Assembly: GCF_963921235.1 (NCBI RefSeq)
Contig: NC_086097.1
Span: forward strand, 148,864,001-148,928,000
Source of the DNA: Mobula hypostoma
Taxonomy: Eukaryota
DNA length: 64,000 bases
Direction of reading: 5' to 3'
The stretch's first letter is position 1. Each line of letters starts with the position of its first letter. The position numbers were made by a program, and so were the translations under genes. Of this stretch, positions 1 to 13,029 are shown in pieces. The notes beneath the pieces were generated by a model. The model did no database searches. It worked only from the letters and a program-made list of their open reading frames with translations, and was not told the origin of the DNA.

Positions 1-1506
1 TTGGAGGGGCTGAGACGTGCAACAAGAACTGGCAGGAGTGGACTGCCAAGGTGAAACAGAAACTGGGACTGTGGGGAGGGCGCTCCCTGTCGATAACGGG
101 CAAGAACCTGGTCATCAGGTGTGAGGTGCTCTCAGGGCTGCTGTACTTGGCGCAGGTGTGGCCCGTCCCCCGTTCCTGCAGCTGGGAAATCACCCGAGCT
201 GTCTTCAGATTTGTCTGGGGATCCAAGATGGAGCGGGTGAGACGGACCGTCATGCACAAGTCCCTGGACAGCGGGGACAAGAACGTCCCCAATGTCGCCC
301 TCACCCTGATGGCCAGCTTCGTGTGTGGCTGCATCAGGCTGTGCGTGGATCCCAGATACGTGGGCACAAAGTACTACTATGTGCCCAGGTTCTACCTGTC
401 GCCCTGGCTACGAAGGATGGGTCTGGCCCCTTTCCCGCACAACACCCCTGTTAGCTGGTCGTTGCCTCCTTACCTGTCCTTCGTAGAAAAATTCTTCAAG
501 GCCAACGCCTTTGACCACAGGGCCATTAGACAGTGGTCGGCACGTACTATCCTGCAGGCACTGCAGGAGAAAGACGTGATGGACACAGTGGGATGGTTCC
601 CTGAGCAGACCGTCCAGTTCATCTGGCAGAATGCCTCATCGCCAGATCTCACCAACAGGCACAAAGACCTTGCCTAGCTGGCGGTGAGAGGGGCCCTCCC
701 AGTCAGATCCCTCCTGTACGCCTGGAATGTCGTCTCCGCACCCCACTGCCCACGGGAGGACTGTAATGGGGTGGAGTCGGTGGCTCACCTCTTTCCACAC
801 TGTGGGTTCGCATCGAAGGTGTGGAGGAGAATGGAAAGGACAGTACTAAGATTCATGCCCAGCAGCTGCGTTACCGAGGACTCCGTGATCTACGGGCTGT
901 TCCCGGGGACGCACATGGAGACAAACATCCAGTGCTGCTGGCAGATCATCAATTCGGTGAAAGATGCGCTTTGGTCTGCCCGAAACTTGATGGTTTACCA
1001 GCACATGGAGATGTTCATGACTGAATGCTGCCGACTGGCTCACTCTCGCCTGCAGGAGTACGTGCTGAGGGATGCACTCAAGCTTGGTGCGGCCACCGCG
1101 AAGGCCCGGTGGGGAAGGACCACAGTTTAAGGTTCATGACCCGTGGGAGTGTGAGGGGTTGGGTGGGGAGGAGACTAACCCTCATCAGCGGTGTGGACAG
1201 ATAATCAACATGGTGCCCCAGGAGTGGGTGGAATTGTTAATTTGGAAAAAGCATTAGAACCAACGCCTGCCTTTATTGTTGATAATTTTATTGTTAATAA
1301 GTCTTAACTCTTGACCAAGGGTTGAGAGTAAATGAACGGTTTTTTTGTAAACATCTTTCATTTGTAAATGAACAGAGAGTCAACGCATAATTTTATTGTA
1401 AATAACTTTATTGAATAAGGACTCAGAGTCAATGAATGTTTTTTCTTATATGTAAATAACTTTATTTTGTAATACTTCTGAATAAAGTATTTTTGGAGAA
1501 AAAAAA
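1..1506 (+). mobile_element. 3' part of a Tx1/L1-clade LINE (ORF2 C-terminus, 3' UTR, poly-A)
   Basis: ORFs 51..677 and 684..1130 are in one frame broken by a single TAG. LSITGKNLVIR motif and C-terminal CPREDC..ESVAHLF..C zinc knuckle. AATAAA near 1481 followed by an A-tract. Confidence 0.85.
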
Positions 1507-2320
1507 TTATTAGCAACAAAGCTGATAATAATTAATTCATAAATTTGCATGGGCCCAACTGTATAAAGAGAACTGTGTGATAGTTAATAGTCCCCCCCCC
1601 CACCCGACATAGAATAGACAAATAGGGTTTATGGTATATTGTGATGGTCAGAGTCTCCCTGATGTATACCTATTTTACATTAATATTCACTTATGATGCA
1701 GTGTGTTAAGCTTTGAATCACACAAAAGAATTTCTGTTTTTGAGATGAACAGTTATCAAAAACAGTATTTCTCAAAAATTGGTGAAAGGAATAGAAGTTT
1801 TCACCTTTTGAGGCTACCATCGATACAATGAAGTACTAAGTTAGAAGCCATATAGCTACCAGAGGAAGTGGTTGAGGCATTTACAATAACATCTTTTAAA
1901 AGGCAGACAGGCACCTGGATGGGAAAAGATTAGGTTATAGACAAAACAGTAGCATATAGGACAAGTATGGGTGGGACATCTTCATTGGCATGGGACATTT
2001 GGGCTGTAGAGCTAGTTTCTGTGCCGTATAACTGTTTGCATGAGGTCGAAGAATGATTAACAGCATTCTCTTTGAATCTGGGCATTGCAGTTGTTTTCTA
2101 TATTTATCCACAAAATGAAGCCCATTATTAAATGGTGATTACAGCAGCTCAAAATTTGATTATTTTGTCATTCTTCTCACCACCCCAGAAATTCCATCTT
2201 GGAGCTGAGCTTATCAGATATTTCAGTTGATGTGAACAGAGAAACATTTTTCTGCTTGTAGCTCAACAATTGTCTGTTCTAACAAACAAATCATTGATTA
2301 TTTTCTTACTATTTTTTTAG

Positions 2321-2381
2321 GAAGGGGAATAAATCCAAGCGGTTAAAAGCTGAGGAAGCTGAGGAGGATGAAATTCCTCAG
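2321..2381 (+). CDS. Topoisomerase I gene, putative charged N-terminal exon (xKGNKSKRLKAEEAEEDEIPQ)
   Basis: Strong pyrimidine tract ending tttttttAG at 2320 and CAG|GTATAT donor. 61 bp, phase 2 in and phase 0 out, so it joins in frame to 16356. K/E-rich like the TOP1 N-terminal domain. Confidence 0.65.
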
Positions 2382-2969
2382 GTATATTTTTTATATTTTT
2401 TAACTGATCTTGCTGCTATAATTAATGAACTAAACCAATCTTAAGGTAGATGATATCTACTGCCTTTGCAATTTTTATTCTTTAATGCGAGGGTGTCATT
2501 GGTCACAAAATGCATTGGACACCCAAGTGATTCCAGCAGTGAAAGATTGCCTCAGTGCTGAAGTCCTGCTGCATTGACTTGTGAATGATGGCAGAGAATT
2601 AAACAGCTAACAGAAGGAGCTGGTTCCAAGAGCATCTCCATCCTTAACTATAATTCACATGCCAGTCCTAAAAATGAAGACACTTTGAGCTGTAGAAGTA
2701 CTAGGCAGGTCCATTTCTGTGGCCTTTTGAAGGTCCTGCCATCACAGAAGCTGTTGTCAGCTATTTCAATCCATTACCTATGAGGCTTACAGTAAAGGCA
2801 GTGAAACAAGATTTGTACTCTGAAGCTAGCTGTGCACCTGGTTAAGTCTCTTGCTGTGCATTTGCAAGAATGGTAACTACCTGACAGTATGGGAAAATTG
2901 TCGGATATGCTCAGTTCTCAGAAAAGTAACGGCAAATATTATTGACAGTGCTCATCTCGAGCAGTTGCT

Positions 2970-3171
2970 GGCTGGTTGCGTAGTGGCATCAGCGCCAGAC
3001 TTTGGAGCAAAGGCTTCCAAGTTCGAATCCAACCGGCTCCCTTGCATGCTTTCCATCCATGCTGGGTTGAGCGTCGAGCTAGCAATTTGACCTCGTAAAA
3101 ATAAGAAAGCCTGCTTAAAAAAAAAACGCCATCATGACGTTCCACTCGGAGTTAAGGACTTTCTTCTTCTT
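2970..3171 (+). mobile_element. tRNA-derived SINE, copy 1
   Basis: A-box-like GCGTAGTGG and B-box GTTCGAATCC. Body shared with the copy at 11944. (CTT)n tail. Confidence 0.7.
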
Positions 3172-4431
3172 CATCTGGACCAGTGAGCCATTCCCAAATA
3201 TCCCCTTTATCTTTATTTTCCCCTTCAGCTCCCACTGCCCTGAGATGGTGATATTGCCCACATTGGGAACCACTGATCTGGAGCATACTTGTCAAGTTTC
3301 AGTTTTGATTTTTGTCTGGGTTATTTGGCTCAGGGCCTCATTTTAGCCTTAGTCCAAAGAGACTAAACAACTAAATTCTGAAGATGAAATTAATTTCACT
3401 TTTCTACAGCATATGACTGAATGCTGAGATGGAGGACTGGTAAAACTGACCGTTGGAATCAAGGGGAGAGCATTCCTGTGACGACAATCATATCTTAATC
3501 AAAGATATTTATGTAGATCACTCAGCCCTTGGATATTGTTACAGGGATTTCTCAAGGTAGTAGCCTTGATTCAATCACTTTCAGCTACATCATCATAAAA
3601 TCGTAACTACCCAACATTCAGTTGTATTCATAGCTTGTCTGAGATTGCAACCACACATAGTTTGAGGTCTTCCTGTAAACAACTATATTTAGGACTGAGC
3701 TGAAAGTTGCCAAATAACATTTCTGCTCCTAGCCATACGAGTGGTCAGCAAAAGACCATCTCCAGAATGAGAATCTTAATTGTCAACAATATTACCATCA
3801 CTGAATCGGTATCCTGGGAGTCACTTTTTGAAAACTTATTGGGAACAGCTAACTAAACACTTCCTTCCAAGAACAGCTCAGGGGAGAAACTAGTAACTTC
3901 AAATTTAAATTACAAAACACTTTCAGTGATTTCTTGTGATCTCAGTTTTGTTCCAAATCTCCTTTAAGTTCCTTTGTAAGTGTCCCTACACCCCTCACTT
4001 AATTTTACTTGGGATCTTGTACACTCCCAGACTGCCCTCCCTGCTGGCCACCCATCTCCCCTATGGTACCTGCAGAGTGATGCAGATAAGAGCACATTAA
4101 AGAAAGTAAAAGGAAAATTTTCTGGTTCGTGATTGCATCTGATTTTGGATAACCTTGGATTTCAGTCAGATATTGGTGAGCGCTGGTTGAAGGTTTAAAT
4201 GATGAATGAAACACGGTCAAGCTCATCAGTTATGACCATTTCCCAATAATAACAGTCTCACAGAACATGCAGGTTTGGAGAATGATGTTTTCTTTGAAAG
4301 TTTATTTAGCACCTTCAATTCCTCCCAATCTATTTGGCACCATAATTCATTTCCAGATTGGAGCCCAAACAGATCTAGTAGCTAATACTTGTATTCATGG
4401 ATTGCAGAAATTTAGCTTGTGATAATGATAT

Positions 4432-4562
4432 ACAGGTTAAGTACCCCCATCCAAAACTAGAAAACCTTCGAAATCTGAAATTTTCTTGAGAGCTGACATG
4501 ATGTCACAAATGGAAAATTCCACCTGACCTTGGGAAGGTTCCCAGGCAATGTGCAGGTCTCT
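4432..4562 (+). mobile_element. Terminal fragment of a Tigger/pogo-like DNA transposon
   Basis: TA-CAGGTTAAGTACCC terminus and GCTGACATGATGTCACAAATGGAAAATTCCAC, resembling Tigger4-type ends as recalled. A transposase fragment resumes at 8632. Confidence 0.55.
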
Positions 4563-4564
4563 GC

Positions 4565-7500
4565 ACATAAGACCATAAGACAAAGGAGCAGAAGTTAGCC
4601 ATTCGGCCCATCGAGTCTGCTCCGCCATTTTATCATGAGCTGATCCATTCTCCCATTTAGTCCCATTCCCCTGCCTTCTCACCATAACCTTTGATGCCCT
4701 GGCTACTCAAATACCTATCAATCTCTGCCTTGAATACACCCAGTGACTTGGCCTCCACTGCTGCCCGTGGCAACAAATTCCATAGATTCACCACTCTCTG
4801 ACTAAAAAAATTCCTTTGCATTTCTGTTCTGAATGGGCGCCCTTCAATCCTTAAGTCATGCCCTCTCGTACTAGACTCCCCCATCATGGGAAACAACTTT
4901 GCCACATCCACTCTGTCCATGCCTTTCAACATTCGAAATGTTTCTATGAGGTCTCCTCTCATTCTTCTAAACTCCAAGGAATACAGTGCAAGAGCGGACA
5001 AACGTTCCTCATATGTTAACCCTCTCATTCCGGGAATCATTCTAATGAATCTTCTCCGTACCCTCTCCAACGTCAGCACATCCTTTCTTAAATAAGGAGA
5101 CCAAAACTGCCCACAGTACTCCAAGTGAGGTCTCACCAGCGCCTTATACAGCCTCAACATCACATCCCTGCTCCTATACTCTATTCCTCTAGAAATGAAT
5201 GCCAACATTGCATTCGCCTTCTTCACTACTGACTCAACTTGGAGGTTAACTTTAAGGGTATCCTGTACGAGGACTCCCAAGTCCCGTTGCATCTCTGAAC
5301 TTTGAATTCTTTCCCCATTTAAATAATAGTCTGCCCGTTTATTTTTTCTGCCAAAGGGCATAACCATACACTTTCCAACATTGTACTTCATTTGCCACTT
5401 CTCTGCCCATTCTTCCAATCTATCCAAGTCTCTCTGCAGACTCTCCGTTTCCTCAGCACTACCGGCCCCTCCACCTATCTTCGTATCGTCAGCAAACTTA
5501 GCGACAAAGCCATCTATTCCATAATCCAGATCGTTGATGTACAATGTAAAAAGAAGCGGCCCCAACACGGACCCCTATGGAACACCACTGGTAACCGGCA
5601 GCCAACCAGAATAGGATCCCTTTATTCCCACTCTCTGTTTCCTGCCAATCAGCCAACGCTCTATCCACGTATGTAACTTTCCTGTAATTCCATGGGCTCT
5701 TAAGTAGCCTCATGTGTGGCAGCTTGTCAAAGGCCTTCTGAAAATCCAAATATACAACATCCACTACATCTCCCTTGTCTAGCCTACTGGTAATTTCCTC
5801 AAAAAATTGTAATAGGTTTGTCAGGCAGGATTTTCCTTTAAGGAATTTATGCTGAGTTCTACCTATCTTGTCATATGCCTCCAGGTACTCTGTAACCTCA
5901 TCCTTGACAATCGACTCCAACAACTTTCCAACCACTGATGTCAAGCTAACAGGTCTATAATTTCCTTTTTGCTTCCTTGCACCCTTCTTAAATAGCGGAG
6001 TGACATTTGCAATCTTCCAGTCCTCCAGAACCTTGCCAGAATCTATCGACTTTTGAAAGGTCATCGCTAATGCCTCCGCAAACTCCACAGCTACTTCCTT
6101 CAGAACATGCGGGTGCATTCCATCTGGTCCGGGAGATTTATCTACCTTTAGACTATTCAGCTTCCTGAGTACTTACTCTGTTGTAATTCTGACTGTGCAC
6201 ACTTCCCTTCCCTACCACCTTTGAGTGTCCGGTATACTGCTGATGTCTTCCTCAGTGAAGACTGATGCAAAACACTCGTTCAGTTCCTCTGCCATCTCCT
6301 TATCTCCCATTACAATTTCTCCAGCATCATTTTCTATCAGTCCTATATCTACTCTCACCTGTCTTTTACTCTTTATATACTTGAAAAAGCTTTTAGTATC
6401 CTCTTTGATATTGTTTGCTAGCTTCCTTTCATAGTTAATCTTTTCCTTCTTAATGACCTTCTTGGTTTGCATTTGTAAGGTTTTAAAAACTTCCCAATCC
6501 TCTGTCTTCCCACTAATTTTTGCTTCCTTGTATGCCCTCTCCTTTGCTTTAACTTTGGCTTTGACTTCTCTTGTCAACCACGGTTGCATCCTTTTTCCAC
6601 TCAAAAATTTCTTCTTTTTTGGAATATACCTGTCTTGCACCTTCCTCACTTCTCGCATAAACTCCAGCCACTGCTGCTCTGCTGTCTTTCCCGCCAGTGT
6701 CCCTTTCCAGTCAACTTTGGCCAGTTCCTCTCTCATGCCACTGTAATTTCCTTTACTCGACTGAAATACCGACACATCAGATTTCGGCTTCTCTTTTTCA
6801 AATTTCACAGTGAACTCAATCAAGTTATGAACACTGCCTCCTTAAGGGTTCCTTCACCTCAATCTCTCTAATCACCTCTGGTTCATTACACAATACCCAA
6901 TCCAGTACAGCCGACCCCTAGTGGGCTCAACAACAAGCTGTTCTAAAAAGCCATCTCGCAGACATTCTACAAATTCTCTCTTGAGATCCAGTGCCGACCT
7001 GATTTTCCCAATCCACTGGCATGTTAAGATCCCCCACAATTATCATAACACTGCCCTTCTGACAAGCCTTTTCTATTTCCTGTTGTAATCTGTAGTCCAC
7101 ATCCCTGCAGCTGTTTGGAGGCCTATAAATAACTGCCATCAGGGTCCTTTTACCCCTGCTATTTCTTAGCTCAACCCATAAAGATTCTGCACCTTCCAAT
7201 CCTATATCACCTCTTTCTAATGATTTAATATCATTTCTTACCAATAAAGCCACGCCCCCCCCCCCCCCCACCCGGCCTACCTTCCTATCCTTCCGATACA
7301 CCGTGTATTCTTGGACGTTCAGCTCCCAGAGACATGCATCCTTTAGCCAGGTCTCAGTGATGGCCACAATATCATACCTGCCAATCTGTAACTGTACGAC
7401 AAGATCGTCCACCTTATTTCTTATGCTGTGGGCATTTAAGTATAACACCTTAAGACCAGTATTTGATACTTTTCGCTTTGATTTGACTGCAACTTTATTG

Positions 7501-8630
7501 CACTGCAACTCATCCCAATGGCTACAAATTTGCCCCATCACCTGCCTGTCTTTCCTGACATCTTTACTGCTCACTATCTTAGATTTATTTCTGTTTTCCC
7601 CTTCCTCCACTCTGTCATTCCGGTTCCCATCCCCCTGCCAAATTAGTTTAAACCCTCTCTAACAGCTCTATTAAACTTTCCCACCAGGATATTGGTCCCC
7701 TTCGGGTTCAGGTGTAACCTGTCCTTTTTGAACAGGTCATACTTCCCCCAGAAGAGATCCCAATTATCCAAGAATCTGAAGCCCTGCCCCCTACACCAGT
7801 CTATCAGCCACGCATTCATCTGCCTGATCCTACTATTCTTGCCCTCGCTAGCACGTGGCACAGGTAGCAATCCCAAGATTACTGCCCTGGAGGTCCTGCT
7901 TCCTAACTCCTGGAAATCTCTCTTCAGGACTTCCTTCTTTGTCCTATCTATGTCGTTGGTACCAACATGTACCAAGACAACTGGCTGCTCACCCTCCCCC
8001 TTCAGAATATTCCGGACCCGATCCGAGACATCCCATACCCTGGCACCTGGGAGACAACACACCAGGCGGGTATCTCTATCAGGCTCACAAAATCTCCTGT
8101 CCGTTCCCCTCACTATGGAATCCCCTACGACTACCGCATTTCTCTTCTCCTTCCTTCTCTCCTGCACAACAGCGCCAGGCTCGGTGCCAGAGACCCGGTC
8201 ACCGTGGGCATCCCCTATCAGGTCATCCCCCTCAACAGCATCCGGAACAAGATATTTGTTGCTGAGGGGGACAGCCACAGGGGTGCTCTCCACTATCTGG
8301 GCATTTCCCTTCCCTCTCTTGACAGTGACCCAGTTTTCTGACCCCTGTAGCCTAGGGATGACTACCTCCCTGTAGCTCCTGTCTATCACCTCTTCACTTT
8401 CCCTAATAAGCAGTAGGTCATCAACAGCTCCAGATCCCTAACTCAGTCTCTGAGGTGCTGCATCTCTGTGCACCTGGCGCAGATGTGGCCATCAGGGAGG
8501 CTGGACCTCTCCCAGGATTCCCATATCTGACACCCTGAACAAAACACTAACCCTGCAGGCATGCCATCTAATTCTACAGGAATGAAACATCTCACAGTTC
8601 TGAGGAGTGACCTCGCATATGTAATGAACA
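4565..8630 (-). mobile_element. Near full-length degenerate CR1 LINE (ORF1 zinc finger + SGNH esterase; ORF2 APE + RT)
   Basis: ORF1 has CSGC..CARC, VVGDSIVR and HVGTND. ORF2 fragments show YLNAHSIRNK, AITETWL, NYRPVSLTS, LDFQKAFD and KFADDTK. Short tandem-repeat 3' tail at about 4565. Confidence 0.93.
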
Positions 8631-8631
8631 A

Positions 8632-8970
8632 AAGTTAATGAAAAATAGAAAAACACTGCAAAAAGCAAAAAAATAAAAAAAACTCAATCATGTATTGCAA
8701 GAATGGATCCGTGGGTATAGGAGTGAACGTGTGCTGCTTGACAGTAGGCTGGTTGTGAAACAAGCAAAGATCTATCATGAACAGAGAAGTGAAGATAATC
8801 ATGAATATTCTGCAGGCTGGTTGCAGAAATTTAAGAGAAGGCACAGCATTAAATTTATAATGATTTTAAGTTTCAAAGATAAAGCTTCTGGCTGACCATG
8901 AAACAGCAGAGAAATACATTGGGTTTGCAAAGATTGTCAGTGATGAAAATCTAACACCAGAACAAGCCTA
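8632..8970 (+). mobile_element. Tigger/pogo transposase fragment (CENP-B-type HTH)
   Basis: EWIR...KQAKIYHE...YSAGWLQKFKRRHSIKF, followed by out-of-frame FAKIVSDENLTPEQ. Confidence 0.8.
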
Positions 8971-11900
8971 CATAGAAAACCTATAGCACAGTATAGGCCC
9001 TTTGGCCCACAAAGCTGTGCTGAACATGTCCTTACCTTAGAAATTACCTAGGGTTACCCACAGCCCTCTCTTTTTCCTAAGTTCCATGTACCTATCTTAA
9101 AAGACCCTATTGTATTCACCTCCACCACCGTCGCCGGCAGCCTATTTCACGCACTCACCACTCTCTGCGTTTTAAAAAAAAACAAACTAACTGTGATATC
9201 TCCTCTGTACCTACTTCCAAACACCTTAAAACTGTGCCCTCTCATGCTAGCCATTTCAACCCTAGAAAAAAGCCTCTGACTATCCAGACAATCAATGCCT
9301 CTCATCATCATATACACCTCTATCAGGTCACATTTCATCCTCCAACACTCCAAGGAGAAAAGGCCAAGTTCATTCAACCTGTTCTTATAAGGCATGCTCC
9401 TCACTCTGGTCAACATCCTTGTATATCTCCTCTGCACCCTTTCTATGGTTTCCACATCCTTCCTGTAGTGAGGTGACCAGAACTGAGCACAGTACTGCAA
9501 GTGGGGTCTGACCAGGATCCTATATGGCTGCAACGTCACCTCTCGGCTCCTAAACTTAATCCCACGATTGATGAAGGCCAATGCACCCTATGCTTTCCTA
9601 ACCACAGAGTCAACCTGCCCAGCAGCTTTGAGTGTCCTAAGGACTCTGACCCCAAGATCCCTCTGATCTTCCACACTACCAAGAGTCTTACCATTAATAC
9701 TATATTCTGCCATCATATTTGACCTACCAAAATGAACCACCTCACACTTAGCTCTGTTGAACTCCATCTGCCACTTCTCAACCCAGTTTTGCATCCTATC
9801 AATGTCCTGCTGTAACCTCTGACAGCCCTCCACACTATCCACAACACCTCCAACCTTTGTGTCATCAGCAAATTACCAACCCATCCCTCCACTTCTTCAT
9901 CCAGGTCATTTATAAAACTCACGAAGAGTAGGGGTCCCAGAACTGATCCCTGAGGCACTCCACTGGTCACTAACCTCCATGCAGAATATGGCCTGTCTAT
10001 AACCACTCTTTGCCTTCTGTGGGCAAGCTAGTTCTGGATCCACAAACCAATGTCCCTTTGGATCCCATGCCTCCTTACTTTTTCAATAAGCCTTGCATGG
10101 GGTACCTTGTCAAATGCCTTGCTGAAATCCATATACACTACATCTACTGTTCTACCTTCATTGACGTATTTAGTCACATCCTCAGAAAATTCAATCAGGC
10201 TCATAAGGCATGACCTGCTTTTGACAAAGCCATGCTGACTATTCCTAATTATATTATGCCTCTCCAAATGTTCATAAATCCTGCTTCTCAAGATCATCTC
10301 CATCAACTTACCAACCACTGAAGTAAGACTCACTGGTCTATAATTTCCTGGGCTATTTCTACTCCCTTTCTTAAATAAGGGAACAGCATCTGCAACCCTC
10401 GAATCATCCGGAACCTCTCCCATCCCCATTGATGATGCAAAGATCATCGCCAGAGGCTCAGCAATCTCCACCCTCACCTCCTACAGTAGCCTGGGGTACA
10501 TCTCATCCGGTCCCGGTGACTTATCCAACTTGATGCTTTCCAAAAGCTCCAGCACATCCTGTTTCTTAATATCTACATGCTCAAGCTTTTCAGTCTGCTG
10601 TAAGTCATCCCGATAATCGGCAATTCCTTTTCCGTAGTGAATACTGAAGCAAAGTACTCATTAAGTACCTCTGCTATCTCCTCTGGTTCCATACACACTT
10701 TTCTGCTGTCACACTCGATTGGTCCTATTCTCTCACGTCTTATCCTCTTGCTGTTTGCATACTTGTAGAATGCCTTGGTGTTTTCCTTAATTCTGTCCAC
10801 CAAGGCCTTCTCATGGCCTCTTCTGGCTCTCCTAATTCCTTTCTTGAGCTCCTTCCTGCTAGCCTTATAATCTTCTAGCTCTCTATCATCACCTAGCTTT
10901 TGGAACCTTTCGTAGGCTCTTCTTGACTAGATTTACAACAGCTTTTGTACACCACAGTTCCTGTACCCTACCATCCTTTCCCTGTCTCGTTGGAACATAC
11001 CTATGCAGAACTCCATGCAAATATCCCCTGAACATATGCCATATTTCTTTCATATATTTCCCTGAGAATATCTGTTTCCAATTTATGCTTCCAAATTAAT
11101 ATTGCACCTTTCCAGCATCCGTTTCCCCATCTGCTCCTCTATCCCTGTTACTATTGGGCGGCCTATAAAAAACACCCAGTAAAGATATTAATCACTTCCT
11201 ATTCCTAACCTCCACCCACAGAGACTCCATAAACAATCCCTCCATGACGTCCACCTTTTCTGCAGCCGTGACACTATCTCTGATCAGCAGTGCCACGCCC
11301 CCACCTCTTTTACCTCCCCCTTGTCCTTTCCGAAACATCTAAACCCTGGTGCTTGAAGTAACCATTCCTGTCCCTGAGCCATCCAAGTCTCTGTAATGAC
11401 CACCACATCATAGCTCCAAGTACTGATCCACACTCTAAGCTCACCTGCTTTGTTCACAATACTCCTGGCGTTAAAATAGACACATCTCAAACGGCCCATC
11501 TGAGTGCGACCCTTCTCTATCACCTGCCTATCCTCCCTCACACAGCCTCCAAGCTTTCTCTATTCGTGAGCCAACCGCCTCTTCCCCAGTCTCTTCAGCT
11601 CAGTTCCCACCCCCCCCCCAAACAATTCTGGTTTAAACTCTCTTCAGTAGCCTTAGCAAACCTCCCTGCCAGTATATTGGACCCCCTCAGATTCAAGTGC
11701 AACCCATCCTTTTTGTACAGGTCACACCTGCCCCAAAAGAGATCCTAATGATCCAGAAATATGAATCCCTGCCCCCTGCTCCAATCCCTCAGCCACACAT
11801 TTACCCTCCACCTCATTCTATTCCTGTACTCACTGTCGCATGGCACAGGCAGTAATCCCGAGATTTCTACCTTTGCGGTCCTGCTCCTCAACTTCCTTTC

Positions 11901-12332
11901 TAACATCCTGTAGTCTTTTTTTCAGTACCTCTTCCCTTTTCCTTGGGGTCGGCTGGTGGTGTAGTGGCATCAGCACCGGACTTTGGAGCGAAGGCTCCCT
12001 AGTTCAAACCCAGCTGGCTGCCCAGGCACGCTTTCCATCTGTGCTGGGTTGAGCATAGAGCTAGCAACTCGACCTCTTAAAGAAATTGCCTGCTACAGAA
12101 ACATCAACAATAAAAAGCTGACGACCTATGCTCTCACGTGAGCTTAAAAGGCAATTTCCTTTTTTTTTCTCCTTCCCTTTTCCTATCTATGTCATTGGTA
12201 CCAATATGTACTACGACCTCTGGCTGTTCTCCCTCCCACTGCAGGATATCTTGGACACAATCTGAAACATCCCGGATCCTGGCACCTGGGAGGCAAACTA
12301 CCAGCCGAGTTTCTTTCCTTCGTCCACAGAAT
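8971..12332 (-). mobile_element. Degenerate 5'-truncated CR1 LINE containing a SINE insertion
   Basis: Fragmented ORF2 ([43 protein letters not shown]) and ORF1 esterase piece (HIGTNDI). Confidence 0.92.
11944..12171 (+). mobile_element. tRNA-derived SINE, copy 2, with 13-bp TSD
   Basis: GTGTAGTGG and GTTCAAACC boxes. TSD CTTCCCTTTTCCT at 11931-11943 and 12172-12184. Confidence 0.8.
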
Positions 12333-13029
12333 CCCAAACTTTTTGTTAAAATGAATACTCATGCAATATGTAGAAAATGTACTTTCAATTCCACTATACG
12401 ACGGTTACATTATGCTGCCTACTTCTCCAAAGGCTAAGCAAATGACAAGCATGCATGAGATTTTGTATGGTAAAGAACTGAAGAGACTCTCTCATAAGCT
12501 ACACAAGGAAATCGGCCACCTGCAGACTTTTTTTTTATATATGCAAGATAAGCAGTCTACTTGCCATATTTCTACATCAAGGGGCTGGGGGCCAGAAACA
12601 TTTCAGATTTTATTTGGATTTTGTAATATGAGATAGGTTGGGATTGCCATCATTTCTGACCTTTGGTTCAGAACAGATATGTACTTAATAGTAAAATGAT
12701 TACATACCATTAATATAATGGAAATATAATGTGTGCAGGGTAACAAAAGCAGAAGCAGCATCAGGAGAATACCCCAATCAGGGGAACAACAAACAATGGC
12801 AGGTAACACACTCAAAATGCTGGAGGAACTCAGAGGCCAGGCAGCATCTATGGGAAAGAGTACAGTTGACGTTTTGGGCCAAGACCCTTCAAGCAGGACT
12901 TTCAATCTCCACCAATGATGTTGTATTTGGATTACTGTAAAAAAATACACTACATTTGCATTTTTACTTTTTTCAGTTTTATGTAAGGTTTAAAAACAAA
13001 TAGCATTGTAGATTTCTAACAGTAGCATT

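Noticed and set aside
28..1130. Host protein-coding gene in the GC-rich first kilobase
   Set aside because: Motifs, a premature stop and a poly-A tail identify it as a Tx1/L1 ORF2 3' end.
2970..3050. Possible tRNA gene
   Set aside because: No convincing cloverleaf acceptor stem. It continues into a repeated body, and a second copy has a TSD, so it is a SINE head.
7643..8389. Stand-alone SGNH/GDSL esterase gene
   Set aside because: It is the ORF1 esterase domain typical of CR1 LINEs and lies directly upstream of ORF2.
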